From positions 128,001-192,000 of the forward strand of contig CAVYTA010000007.1 in NCBI GenBank assembly GCA_963771355.1: a DNA stretch of 64,000 bases, given 5' to 3'. The DNA comes from an uncultured Candidatus Rokubacteria bacterium (GTDB taxonomy: Bacteria; Methylomirabilota; Methylomirabilia; Rokubacteriales; CSP1-6). Each line of letters starts with the position of its first letter. The first letter of the stretch is position 1. The notes beneath the pieces are model-generated. The model did no database searches. It worked only from the letters and a program-made list of their open reading frames with translations, and was not told where the DNA came from. Of this stretch, positions 42,474 to 52,717 are shown piece after piece. The position numbers and the translations under genes were made by a program.

Positions 42474-42709
42474 AGCGCGCCCTCCTCTACACCATGGAGG
42501 GCAATGCCGACGGGGAGGCGGCCCTGGCCTTTTTCCAGTCGCGCGGGGTGGCGGTGGACGTGCGCGACGTGGGGCGGGACCCCGACGCCAGCCTCGACCT
42601 CTTCAAGCGTCTCGGCCGGCTCACCGTGCCCGCGGTGGTCATCGACGAGCGCGTCTTCCTCGGCTTCGGCCCGCACCGCGACGAGATCGACGCCCTCGTC
42701 CGCGAATGA
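42470..42709 (+). CDS. Glutaredoxin/NrdH-fold protein lacking cysteines
   Basis: LYT..G, RDV..D, TVP cis-Pro, V.LGF; CxxC position reads NADG. Confidence 0.75.
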   Translation: MKRALLYTMEGNADGEAALAFFQSRGVAVDVRDVGRDPDASLDLFKRLGRLTVPAVVIDERVFLGFGPHRDEIDALVRE

Positions 42710-42725
42710 GCGACCGCCCCGCCGC

Positions 42726-43751
42726 TCAGAACGCCCAGCCCACCCCCAGGACGAGGCGTGTGTCGTCCTTCTTGCGGCCCGACGCGGGGGTGGAGTCGTA
42801 GCGGTACTCGAAGCGGAAGTCGGTGAAGAAGCTCTTCCACACCGTCACCCGCAGACCGGCATCGAGGTTGAGCAGGAAGTCGCCGCCGAAGTCCTGGAAG
42901 CTCGGCAGGTACTCGAGGTTGTGGTAGAGCTTGAGCACCGACACCGGGGACCAGTCCACGTGATAGGCCAGCCGGGGCCCGAGGAAGTCGGTGGCATTCT
43001 GGCCCTCGAACTTCTCGTACACGTAGGCGAGCCCGACCTCGGTGGCGAGATTGAAGGTCGGGCCCTCGAACCATTGATAGCCGACGCCGACGCTCGGCGT
43101 GACGCGATACTCCAGCTCCGCCACCCCGTCCCGCTCCGCCTTGGTACTCAGGTAGCCGTAGAACTTCTGGGTGAAGAAGTGGTCCCACTTGGCGAAGATG
43201 GCCCCGTAGTCGACCGAGGTGCTGTGCTCATCCGTGTCGGGGTCGCGCTGACGGCCGTACGTGTATTCCGCGCCGGCGGTGAACCGATCGTCCTCCCACC
43301 GCTTCCCGATGCCGAAGCGGAAGCCGAGCTGCTCGGTCTCGGAGTTGCCCCGGGTCAAGAGGCCATTGAGCGCCAGGCTCCCATTCCACTCGGGCGGGAA
43401 CGGATAGATGGCGGCCACCTGCGAGATCGGCAATGTCTGGGGCGGGGCGGTTCCCCCCGGCGCGATCTGGACCTGGCCGTCCGGCCCCGCCGTCACCGGC
43501 GTGGTCACCGGCGGCTTGTCGCCCACCTTGACCTGCACCGGCGCGTCGGTGGAGAAGGTCTTCACCTTGGCCAGGTCGATGGTGACCTCGCCGGCGGCGT
43601 CGGTCTTGATCACGAGCTTGCCGCCGGCGGCGCTGACGACCTTGCCGGTGAGCCGGTCGCCATTGAGGAAGATCACCTCATCCGCGGCGACCGGAGCGGC
43701 AGCGAGGAGCAGCAGGAAACCGAGCGGCACGGTGGCCAGGATCCGGGACAT
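42726..43751 (-). CDS. DUF481 (YdiY-like) outer-membrane beta-barrel protein
   Basis: Signal peptide, NGDRLTG N-domain, TRGNSET, C-terminal GVGWAF; AGGAGG SD. Confidence 0.85.
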   Translation of the reverse strand: MSRILATVPLGFLLLLAAAPVAADEVIFLNGDRLTGKVVSAAGGKLVIKTDAAGEVTIDLAKVKTFSTDAPVQVKVGDKPPVTTPVTAGPDGQVQIAPGGTAPPQTLPISQVAAIYPFPPEWNGSLALNGLLTRGNSETEQLGFRFGIGKRWEDDRFTAGAEYTYGRQRDPDTDEHSTSVDYGAIFAKWDHFFTQKFYGYLSTKAERDGVAELEYRVTPSVGVGYQWFEGPTFNLATEVGLAYVYEKFEGQNATDFLGPRLAYHVDWSPVSVLKLYHNLEYLPSFQDFGGDFLLNLDAGLRVTVWKSFFTDFRFEYRYDSTPASGRKKDDTRLVLGVGWAF

Positions 43752-43811
43752 GGCAGCCTCCTGTCGGGAATGGTTCCCGACACGATGCCGTGTCCGCTTC
43801 GATCCGGCCAA

Positions 43812-43827
43812 TAGGACGTTGGTCGTA
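43812..43827. promoter_or_regulatory. Candidate operator (TAGGACGTTGGTCGTA) upstream of the DUF481 gene
   Basis: 13/16 match to the palindrome TAGGACCATGGTCCTA at 51666. Confidence 0.55.
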
Positions 43828-43831
43828 TGCT

Positions 43832-44878
43832 CTAGTATCCCTCGCCGTCGCGCGCCGCGGTGGCGGGGCCGCGATGCAGCCGGAAGATCACCACCTGATA
43901 GATGAGCGCGAGCGGTAGGCCCACCGCGAACCAGGTGAGCGCGACCCGAAGCCCCGCGGGATCTCCACCCGCGGTATAGGCGGTGAGCGAGAGCGCGTCG
44001 CCGCCGGTGGCCCGGAGCATGACGGGGAAGAATGACGCCGCCGTCGCGCCGAGGATCCCGAGCAGGAAGGCGCAGGAGCCGAGGAAGGCGAGCAGGGATC
44101 CGCCGCGCGGCAGCCGGACGAACACCGTCACGATGCCCGCCACCGCCACTGCCGTCGCCAGCGCGGCCAGCCAGCGGCGGCCCATGCCGGGGAAGAGCGC
44201 GGGGTTCACCAGGTGGCTGGCCACCGTGACCACCGGCCAGAGCACGGCCACCGTGATCCACAGGCGCCACGCCGCGCGGCCGCTCCGCTCCCGCACCGGG
44301 CCGTCGGTCTTCCAGGCGAGAAACAGGGCGCCGTGCGCGGCCAGCGCCGCGAGGGCGAAGACCCCGGTGAGGAGGGTGTACCAGTCGAGGATCCCCACCG
44401 GCTCGCGCGCGCTGAAGTCGGTGAAGAGCGGCAGCGAGAACCAGCCCGCATTGTCCAGGGGCACGCCCCGGAGGAGATTGCCGAAGGCGGCGCCGAAGAA
44501 CACCGCGAGCAGCGTGCTGGCGCCGGTGAAGGTGAAGTCCCACGCGGCCCGCCAGAGGGGATTCGGCAGATGGCTCCGGAACTCGATGGCGATACCGCGC
44601 CCGAGCAGGCACCAGAGCACGAGGAAGATGGCAAAGTAGAAGCCGGAAATCCCGGAGGCAAGCACGCGCGGGAAGGCCACGAAGAGCGCGCCACCCGCGG
44701 CGAGCAGCCAGACCTCGTTCCCGTCCCAGAAGGGGCCGATGGCGGCGAGCACCTGCCGCCGCTCGGTGTCGGAACGGGCGACGACGGGCGAGACGATGCC
44801 GGCGCCAAAGTCGAAGCCGTCCATGGTCGCGTAGACGGCGAGGAGGAGCGCGGCGATGGCGTACCAGATCTCAAGCAT
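43832..44878 (-). CDS. cydB: Cytochrome bd ubiquinol oxidase subunit II
   Basis: DGFDFGAG, GPFWDGNEVWL, RGIAIEFR. Confidence 0.95.
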   Translation of the reverse strand: MLEIWYAIAALLLAVYATMDGFDFGAGIVSPVVARSDTERRQVLAAIGPFWDGNEVWLLAAGGALFVAFPRVLASGISGFYFAIFLVLWCLLGRGIAIEFRSHLPNPLWRAAWDFTFTGASTLLAVFFGAAFGNLLRGVPLDNAGWFSLPLFTDFSAREPVGILDWYTLLTGVFALAALAAHGALFLAWKTDGPVRERSGRAAWRLWITVAVLWPVVTVASHLVNPALFPGMGRRWLAALATAVAVAGIVTVFVRLPRGGSLLAFLGSCAFLLGILGATAASFFPVMLRATGGDALSLTAYTAGGDPAGLRVALTWFAVGLPLALIYQVVIFRLHRGPATAARDGEGY

Positions 44879-46196
44879 GCGCCGGCTCCGGACCATGCGC
44901 GATCTCGCGCCCGATGAGGAAGAAGAACAGGATGCCGAGGACGAAGTAGAGGCCGCAGAAGCCCATGAGGGTGAACAGCACCGTGCCCGAGTGGACGGTG
45001 GGGCTCGCGCCCTGGGCGGTGCGGAAGAGGCCGTACACGAGCCAGGGCTGGCGGCCGAGCTCGGTCGTCATCCATCCCGCGGTGTTCGCGATGTAGGGGA
45101 AGGGGAAGGCGAGCATGAGGAGCCAGAGCATCGGCCGGCAGCCCTCGAGCCGTCCGCGCAGGAGCAGAAAGGTGGCCAGGAGCATGAGCGCGATCATCAG
45201 GGTGCCCAGTCCCGCCATGATGTGGAAGACGTAGTAGAGCAGCTCGATGTTGTCGGGCCAGTCGCGCTCCGGGAAGGTGTCGAGGCCCGGCACGTCCGCG
45301 TGGAAGGTGCCGAAGGCGAGGAACGAAAGCGCCCACGGAATGACGACGGGATTGTCGAGCCGCCGCTCGCGGACATTGGGCTGGCCGATGAGCACCAGGC
45401 CCGCGCGCGGCCCGCTCTCGAAGCGCCCCTCCATGGCGGCCAGCGCCACCGGCTGGTGGCGCGCGACGAGCTTGGCCTGGGTGTCACCGGTGAAGGCCAC
45501 GAGCACGCTGGCGATCAGCCCCGCGCCCACCCCCATGCGAAGGAAGATCCGCGCCGCCTCTCCATGCCGCCCCATGAGCGTGTAGAAGGCTCCCACCGCC
45601 GCCATCACGAAGGCGGCGGTGACCACCGCGGCTATCATGGTGTGCGCGTACTGGGCGAGCGCCCACGGATTCAGGACGAAGGCCCAGAAGTCCGCCAGCC
45701 GGAGCATGCCGTCGGGGCCCACCACGTGCCCGACCGGATGCTGCATGAAGGCGTTGGTGGCGATGATGAAGTAGCCCGAGAGCCAGCTGCCGAGGAACAG
45801 CGCGACGGCGGCAAGGAAATGCCCGACGCGCGACAGCCGCCGCTCCCCGAAGACGAGAAGCGAGAGGAAGCTGGACTCGAGGAAGAAGGCGAAGAGCCCC
45901 TCCATGGCCAGGGTCTGGCCGATCACGCTGCCCGCGTAACGGCTGAAGGCCGCCCAGTTGGTCCCGAACTGGAATTCCATGGGGATGCCGGTGACCACGC
46001 CCACCGCGAAGTTGATCCCGAAGATGCGGATCCAGAAGCGGGCGGCGTCGTTCCAGCGCTCTCCGCCGGGCCGCAGGCCGCGGGCCTTCATGATCACGAT
46101 GAGAAGCGCGAGCCCCATGGTGAGCTGGGGGAACAGATAGTGATAGATGATGGTGAAGGCGAATTGCAGCCGGTGCAGGACGAGCGCATCACCCAT
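44871..46196 (-). CDS. cydA: Cytochrome bd ubiquinol oxidase subunit I
   Basis: RLQFAF..YHYLF, MEFQFGTNW, MQHPVG, ELGRQPW; short Q-loop. Confidence 0.95.
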   Translation of the reverse strand: MGDALVLHRLQFAFTIIYHYLFPQLTMGLALLIVIMKARGLRPGGERWNDAARFWIRIFGINFAVGVVTGIPMEFQFGTNWAAFSRYAGSVIGQTLAMEGLFAFFLESSFLSLLVFGERRLSRVGHFLAAVALFLGSWLSGYFIIATNAFMQHPVGHVVGPDGMLRLADFWAFVLNPWALAQYAHTMIAAVVTAAFVMAAVGAFYTLMGRHGEAARIFLRMGVGAGLIASVLVAFTGDTQAKLVARHQPVALAAMEGRFESGPRAGLVLIGQPNVRERRLDNPVVIPWALSFLAFGTFHADVPGLDTFPERDWPDNIELLYYVFHIMAGLGTLMIALMLLATFLLLRGRLEGCRPMLWLLMLAFPFPYIANTAGWMTTELGRQPWLVYGLFRTAQGASPTVHSGTVLFTLMGFCGLYFVLGILFFFLIGREIAHGPEPAHA

Positions 46197-46447
46197 GGTG
46201 GGACCGTGCCCTCCCGTCGAGTATGGCGCCAGCATTAGCAGAGCGGCGCGCCGGCGGGCTACCCCCTCCGCAGAGGCCCGGCCGTCATCGGCCGCTCGAC
46301 TAACCGGCACCTCGGGCCGAGATTCTCAGGCGCGGCCCCGCCCTCTCTGCCAATATGAGCGAGCCAGCGACCGCCCGGAGGGTTGGAGTCGCGGGCGAGA
46401 ACGCAAAGGAAGCGGGCCCGGCGCCCCCATTTGGAGGTTCCCGCGGC

Positions 46448-49400
46448 ATGAAGTGTCCCCGGTGCCACCACGAGAATCCCACCGGCATGAAGTTCTGTGG
46501 GCAATGCGCCGCACCGCTGGCCTCCACCTGTCCGTCCTGTGGCGCCGCCAATCCGCCCGAGAACAAGTTCTGCGGTCAGTGCGCCGCGCCGCTCCTGATG
46601 ACCCCGACCACGAAGTTCGCCGCGCCGGACTCGTATACGCCGAAGCACCTCGCCGAGAGGATCCTCACTTCCAGGGCTGCGCTCGAAGGCGAGCGCAAGC
46701 AAGTGACGGTGCTGTTTGCCGATCTCAAGGGCTCGATGGAGCTGCTCGCCGACCGCGATCCCGAGGAGGCGCGCAAGATCCTCGATCCCGTGCTCGAGCG
46801 GATGATGGAAGCCGTGCACCGCTACGAGGGCACCGTCAATCAGGTCATGGGCGACGGCATCATGGCGCTCTTCGGCGCGCCCCTCGCTCACGAGGACCAC
46901 GCGGTCCGCGCGTGCTACGCGGCGCTGCGGATGCAGGAGGCGGTCGCGCGATATGCGGAGGGCGTACGGACCGAGCACGGCGTCAGGATCCGCATTCGCG
47001 TGGGCCTCAATTCGGGCGAGGTCGTCGTGCGTGCGATCGGCTCCGACCTGCACATGGACTACACCGCGGTCGGCCAGACTACCCACCTCGCCGCGCGCAT
47101 GGAGCAGCTCGCCGATCCTGGCACGACGCTCCTGACCGCGGAGACCCTGGCGCTCGCCGAGGGCTTCGTGCAGGTGACCTCGCTCGGGCCCATGGCCGTG
47201 AAGGGCCTGCCCGGCCCCGTCGAGGTCTACGAGCTCGCCGGGATCAGCGCCGTGCGCTCGCGGCTCCAGGCCGCCGCCGCGCGCGGGCTCTCGCCCTTTG
47301 TGGGTCGCGACACCGAGATCGAGCAGCTCCGCCGCGCGGTCGACCAGGCCCGGCAAGGACGCGGTCAGGTGGTTGCGATCGTGGGCGAGCCGGGCGTGGG
47401 CAAGTCGCGCCTGACCTTCGAGCTGACCCACTCCCATCGCGTCGAGGGCTGGCTGGTCCTCGAGGCCGGCGCGTCATCCCACGGCAAGGCGACCAGTTAC
47501 CTTCCTCTCAGCGACGTTACTGCGGAGCTACTTCAAGCTCGGAGAGCGCGACACCTACGAGGACATGCGCGCGAGGATCAGCGCGCGGCTCTCGACCCTC
47601 GGCGAGAGTCTCTGGCCGGCCGCGCCTGCCTTCGAGGCGCTCCTCGGGGTGCCCGTCGAGGACGCGCGGTGGCAAGGACTCGAACCTCGCCAGCTCCGCC
47701 AGCACACGCTCGAAGCCCTCAGGCACCTGATCCTCCGCGAGAGCCAGATCCAACCGCTGCTGCTGATCGTCGAGGACCTGCACTGGATCGATGCCGAGAC
47801 CCAGGCGTGGCTCGATGGCCTGGTTGATGGGCTACCTGCCGCCCAGATCCTGGTTGTCGCCACCTACCGGCCGGAGTACCAGCACTCCTGGGGCAGCCGC
47901 ACCTACTACACGCAGCTCCGCGTAGACCCGCTACCACGCGACGGGGCCGAGGAGCTCCTGCAGGCAATTCTGGGCACCGACGCCGGGCTGGCCTCGCTGC
48001 GGACCCTGCTCATCCAGCGAACGGATGGCAACCCGTTCTTTCTGGAGGAGAGCGTGCGGACCCTCGTGGAGACGAAGGCCCTGGTGGGCGAGCGCGGGGC
48101 CTATCGCCTCGTTCAGGCTATCGACCATGTTCAGGTTCCGGCCACGGTCCAGGCGATCCTGGCCTCCCGGATTGACCGGCTCCCAGCGGCGGAGAAGCAG
48201 TTGCTGCAGTCGGCCGCCGTCATCGGAAAGGACGTCCCGTTCATCTTGCTCCACGCCGATCGCCGATGACGCCGAGGAGGGCGTGCGCCGACAGCTGGCG
48301 CTTCTGCAATCCGCAGAGTTCCTGTACGAGACCCGCCTGTTTCCCGATTCGGAGTACACGTTCAAGCACGCGCTGACGCAGGAGGTGGCGTACGGCGGTC
48401 TCCTCACCGATCGCCGGCGCGCCATCCACGCGCGGATCGTCGAGGCGATCGAGCGACTCCAGGGCGACCGACTGGGGGAGCAGGTCGAGCGGCTCGCCCA
48501 TCACGCCCTGCGCGCGGAGCTGTGGGAGAAGGCACTGCTCTACGGCAGACAGGCGGGAGCCAAGGCGATGGCGCGCTGGGCGCTGCGGGATGCCGGCACC
48601 CATCTCGAGCGAGCCCTCGCCGCGACCACACATCTCCCCAGAGCCCGCGAGGCCATCGAGCAGGCGATCGACGTCCGCCTCGATCTTCGCAACGCCATCT
48701 ACCCGCTCGGCGAGGTCGAGCGGGCTATGGGGCTCATGCGCGAGGCAGAGTCGCTCGCCGAGCGGCTGGGCGACGAGGCGCGGATGGGAAAGATCTCCCT
48801 TACTCTCAGCGTCAGTCTCTGGATGATGGGCCATTCCGACGAGGCGCAGGACCCGGCCGACCGCGCCCTCGCCATCGCCGAGTCCACCGATGACGGCCTG
48901 CTGAGGCACCAGGCAAGAGCCCAACTGGCTCGCCTCCACCACGACCGGGGCGACTATCGGCAGGCAGCCGCCGCGTTCCGCGAATCCCTGAGTGCCCTCG
49001 AGGCCGCCGGGAACTCCCCATTGGGCTCTCGGCCGTGACGCCCGCTGGTGGTGATCGAGCACGGCCTACCTGGCGTGGTCGCTCGCCGAACTCGGCGAGT
49101 TCGCGGAGGCAACGCGCCGGACGGAGGAGTCGCTGCGCCGGGCCGAAGCGCTCGAGAACCCGCTCGCGTCTGATCCAGGCGTGCATGGGCGTGGGGATGG
49201 TCCACCTCCGGCAGGGGAACGCCCCCGCCGCCATGCCTCCGCTGGAGCAAGGCCTGCAGGTCTGCTACAAGTTCGGGTTGACCGCGCTCAATTTCCACGG
49301 CATCGCGGCATCGCTCGGGGCGGCATACGCGCTCGCGAATCGGACCGCGGAGGCCATTCCCCTGCTGCGCAAGGTGGCGGACCAGTCCGCTTCGATGAAG

Positions 49401-49817
49401 CTGGTCTCTGACCATCTCCTCGGAGCGATTCCGCTTGCGGAGGTATGGCTCTCGACAGGGCGAATTGAGGACGCGGCGCAGCTCGGGCGACAGGCGCTCG
49501 ACCTGGCTCGCAAGCACAAGCAGCGCGGCCACGAGGTCTACGCCCTTCGTCTCCTCGGCGAGGTGGCCGCGCGCCGCGAGCCTGCCGACGTGCAAGAAGC
49601 CGAGGCCCACTACCGGAGCGCAATCGCGCTGGCTCACGAGCTCGGCATGCGCCCGCTCGTCGCCCATTGCCATCTCGGCCTCGGCAAGTCTGTACCGGCG
49701 CACCGGGCGAGCGGCAGGCAGGCGCAGGAGCACCTCGCGATCGCTGCGACGATGTATCGCGAGATGGAGATGCCGTATTGGCTGGAGCAGGCCGACTCAG
49801 AGAGGAAATCGGAATGA
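46448..49817 (+). pseudogene. Double zinc ribbon-adenylate/guanylate cyclase-AAA ATPase-TPR protein split by multiple +1 frameshifts (pseudogene or sequence error)
   Basis: CxxC ribbons, VTVLFADLKGS, GDGIMALFGAP, GEPGVGKS, EDLHWID, FKHALTQEVAY and TPR-like helices spread over successive frames. Confidence 0.85.
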
Positions 49818-50797
49818 TGGACCGGCGCGTGTTCATCACCAGCTTTGCCGTCGGCGCTCTCATGGCGGCGCGCTCAGTCGACGCGCAGCAGGCCAGGGGC
49901 AGTTACCGAATCGGATGGCTATCACCCGCCTCGGCCGCCGACGGCCTCCCGAACCTGGAGGCCCTTCGGGCTGGATTGCGCGAGCTTGGTTACGTCGAAG
50001 GCCAGAACATCGCCATCGAGCTCCGCTGGGCCAATGGGCGCACCGAGCGCCTCCCCCAGCTCGCCGCGGAGCTGGTGCGTCTCCCCGTGGATGTCTTCTG
50101 CACGGCGGGCTCACAGGCCTCCGCAGCGGCCAAGCAATCGACGTCCACGATCCCGATCGTGTTTGCGAACGTCGCCTTCCCCGATCAGACGGGCCTCGTC
50201 GCGAGCTACCCGCGCCCCGGGGGCAACATCACGGGAGTCGCGTTCATTGGCCCTGAATACGGGAAGCGGCTGGAGCTGCTCAAGCTGGCCTTTCCGAAGC
50301 TCGCGCGTGTCGCGCTGATCTACAACCCCGAGAACCGCGGGAGCGTCCTGGCCCTCGAAGAGACGCAACGGTGGGCAGCTCCCTTGGGCGTCACGCTCGA
50401 GCCTCACAAGTTCCGGGGTCCCGACGATTTCGAGCAAGTCTTCGGCGCGATCGCCGGGAAGCGGCCCGATGCGCTCATGACGACGGCCGATCCCCTCATC
50501 CACTCCTACCGCAAACGGATCGTCGACTTTGCCGCCAAGCATCGACTGCCCTCCATGTTTCCGGGCCGGGAGTTCGTGGACGCCGGCGGCCTCATGTTCT
50601 ACGGCGGTAGCATCCGCGAGATGTACCGGCACGCCGCCGTGTACGTGGACAAGATCCTCAAGGGCGCCCGGCCGGGTGACCTCCCGGTAGACCAGCCGAC
50701 GAAGTTCGACATGGTCATCAACCTCAAGACCGCCAAAGCGCTCGGGCTCACGATCCCGCAGTCGCTGCGGCTGCGGGCGGATCACGTGATCGAGTGA
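49814..50797 (+). CDS. ABC transporter substrate-binding protein (ABC_sub_bind type), orphan
   Basis: MDRRVFI leader, LRELGYVEGQN, RPGGNITG, VDKILKGARPGDLPV, INLKTAKALGL. Confidence 0.9.
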   Translation: MMDRRVFITSFAVGALMAARSVDAQQARGSYRIGWLSPASAADGLPNLEALRAGLRELGYVEGQNIAIELRWANGRTERLPQLAAELVRLPVDVFCTAGSQASAAAKQSTSTIPIVFANVAFPDQTGLVASYPRPGGNITGVAFIGPEYGKRLELLKLAFPKLARVALIYNPENRGSVLALEETQRWAAPLGVTLEPHKFRGPDDFEQVFGAIAGKRPDALMTTADPLIHSYRKRIVDFAAKHRLPSMFPGREFVDAGGLMFYGGSIREMYRHAAVYVDKILKGARPGDLPVDQPTKFDMVINLKTAKALGLTIPQSLRLRADHVIE

Positions 50798-50866
50798 CTG
50801 TGATCGATGCGGGGCGCCCCGGCGCAGGCCGCGCCATCACATGACACCCACCCGGAGGACCTCCTC

Positions 50867-50995
50867 ATGAGCATCGGACGGGCGACCAAGATCGCGGCGG
50901 GTATCCTGTTCATCCTGGCAGTGGTTGGCGTCAATTCACCGGTGTTGCTGACGCCGCTTGGCCTGGCGGTGTGGGTCCTCGGCGAGGCCGTGTGA
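50867..50995 (+). CDS. 42-aa hydrophobic small membrane protein
   Basis: GGAGGA SD; MSIGRATKIAAGILFILAVVGVNSPVLLTPLGLAVWVLGEAV. Confidence 0.55.
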   Translation: MSIGRATKIAAGILFILAVVGVNSPVLLTPLGLAVWVLGEAV

Positions 50996-51042
50996 TCACC
51001 TGGCCGAGTCGGTACGGTGCCGACTTGCTGGTCGTCGCGAGG

Positions 51043-51630
51043 TCAGACCAGATCGGGGCTCTGGAGTCGAAAGGCGACGATTAGACGGAGGGCGCCGAGC
51101 AGGAGACCGAAGGCGGCGAGCAGCGCGGCCAGCGTGATCAGATCCTGGGGCGGCCGGGCGAGGATCAATACCCCGAACGCCACCGCGACCACGGCGATCG
51201 CGGCGAGAAACGGTCGGCCCTTGTGCCCGCGGCCGAGGCAGAGCGCCTCGACGGCCTGTAACAGTCCGGTAATGATTGCCCACCATGCAAAGATGGCCAG
51301 CGGGCCCGGCCTCTGCCCGGGGGGGCGGAGCACAACCGCGAGCCCGGCGGCGACTCCGGTCAGGCCCTTGCAGGCGAGCAACCGCCATCGGCCGCCGCGG
51401 AAGAGCCCCCACGCGGCGGCCGCGAGTGCCACGAGGCCGTCCAGCAGCGCGAAACCCGTGAAGAACGTGGCCATCATGGCCGCGGTGATACGAGGCAGCC
51501 AGAACGCGAAGAATAGCATCGCGCCTTCAGACAAGCCGAACAGCAGGGCCAGCGCGGCTCGACCGGCCAGCGCCCACTGGACGGGATAGGCTGTCGTCGA
51601 ACGTGGGTTTGGCACGGCAGGTCTTGTCAC
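51043..51630 (-). CDS. HdeD/DUF308 family membrane protein
   Basis: W.LA.RA..A.LFG, ALLDG, WAIITGLLQ, FGVLILARP, FGLLLG. Confidence 0.75.
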   Translation of the reverse strand: MTRPAVPNPRSTTAYPVQWALAGRAALALLFGLSEGAMLFFAFWLPRITAAMMATFFTGFALLDGLVALAAAAWGLFRGGRWRLLACKGLTGVAAGLAVVLRPPGQRPGPLAIFAWWAIITGLLQAVEALCLGRGHKGRPFLAAIAVVAVAFGVLILARPPQDLITLAALLAAFGLLLGALRLIVAFRLQSPDLV

Positions 51631-51655
51631 CGCGCGACTTCACCACGGCGCCGAT

Positions 51656-51691
51656 CCGGCTGCCATAGGACCATGGTCCTATGGCAGCCGG
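51656..51691. promoter_or_regulatory. Perfect 36-bp palindrome in a divergent promoter region (core TAGGACCATGGTCCTA)
   Basis: ccggctgccataggaccatggtcctatggcagccgg equals its own reverse complement. Confidence 0.85.
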
Positions 51692-51756
51692 CCCCGGAAG
51701 TTCCGAGAATCCAACGTCGAGTATCCGAGGGACAGTCGTACTGGAAAGGAGCTCCC

Positions 51757-52641
51757 ATGCGGTTTGCCTCACGCCACGTGACGGCGGCGACGAGCGCCAC
51801 GCTGTTTCTGACGATCGCGCTGCTGGCCGGGCCGGCGCTGGCCGCCGAGCCGGAGGGCACGCTGAAGAAGATCAAGCGGACCAACACCATCACGCTCGGC
51901 CATCGAGAGTCCTCGCGCCCGTTCTCGTTCGTGGGCGACGACGGCAAACCGGCCGGGTACTCGGTGGACCTCTGCACGAGCGTCGCGGCCAGCGTCGGCA
52001 AGGAGCTCGCACTGCCGAACCTCCAGGTCAAGTGGGTCAAGGTCACCGTGGAGAACCGGATGCAGGCGGTGACTGCCGGCACGATTGACCTCGAGTGCGG
52101 CTCGACGACGGCCTCCCTGTCGAGGCAGGAGCGGGTCGACTTCAGCAATTTGACCTTCGCCGACGGAGGCAGCCTGCTCGCCACGGACGCCTCGATGATC
52201 CGCGGTGTGTCCACGCTCGGGGGCAAACGCGTTGCGATCATCCCGGGCACCACCACGGAGAAGGGCCTCGCCGACGCGCTCAAGAAGCACACGGTGACCG
52301 CGACCATGGTCCCGGTGAAGGACCACGCCTCCGGAGTGGCGGCGCTGGACGACGGAACCGCCGACGCCTATGCCTCCGACCGGGTGATCCTCATCGGGGT
52401 GGGCCGGACGTCCAAGAATCCCGCGAAGCTCTCGCTCATCGACGAATACTTCACCTACGAGCCCTACGGCTTGATGCTCCGGCGGGGAGACTCGGCGTTC
52501 CGGCTCTCGGTGAACCGCACGCTCGCCTCGGTGTACCGCTCGGGCGAGATCGTGCCGATCTATCAGAAGTGGTTCGGGTCCATGACCACCGCGGGCCCCA
52601 TCCTTGGGGCCATGTACCTGCTCAACGGGCTTCCCGAGTAG
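51757..52641 (+). CDS. Amino-acid ABC substrate-binding protein (GltI-like), orphan
   Basis: GTLKKIK, GHRESSRPFS, GYSVDLC, IDLECGSTT, EPYGLMLRR; AAGGAG SD. Confidence 0.9.
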   Translation: MRFASRHVTAATSATLFLTIALLAGPALAAEPEGTLKKIKRTNTITLGHRESSRPFSFVGDDGKPAGYSVDLCTSVAASVGKELALPNLQVKWVKVTVENRMQAVTAGTIDLECGSTTASLSRQERVDFSNLTFADGGSLLATDASMIRGVSTLGGKRVAIIPGTTTEKGLADALKKHTVTATMVPVKDHASGVAALDDGTADAYASDRVILIGVGRTSKNPAKLSLIDEYFTYEPYGLMLRRGDSAFRLSVNRTLASVYRSGEIVPIYQKWFGSMTTAGPILGAMYLLNGLPE

Positions 52642-52717
52642 GCGCGCTCCCGGTGGCTGACGCCGCACAAGCGAGAAGATGGATGAGCCGCGTGTCCATC
52701 ACCGTCGCGCTCCGCTG

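Noticed and set aside
46360..46440. c-di-GMP-I riboswitch upstream of the cyclase gene (acgcaaag)
   Set aside because: Lacks the GGCAAAC and GNRA-capped P2 elements.
51729..51742. Fourth operator copy (gggacagtcgtact)
   Set aside because: Too degenerate to support without a PWM; at most a secondary site.
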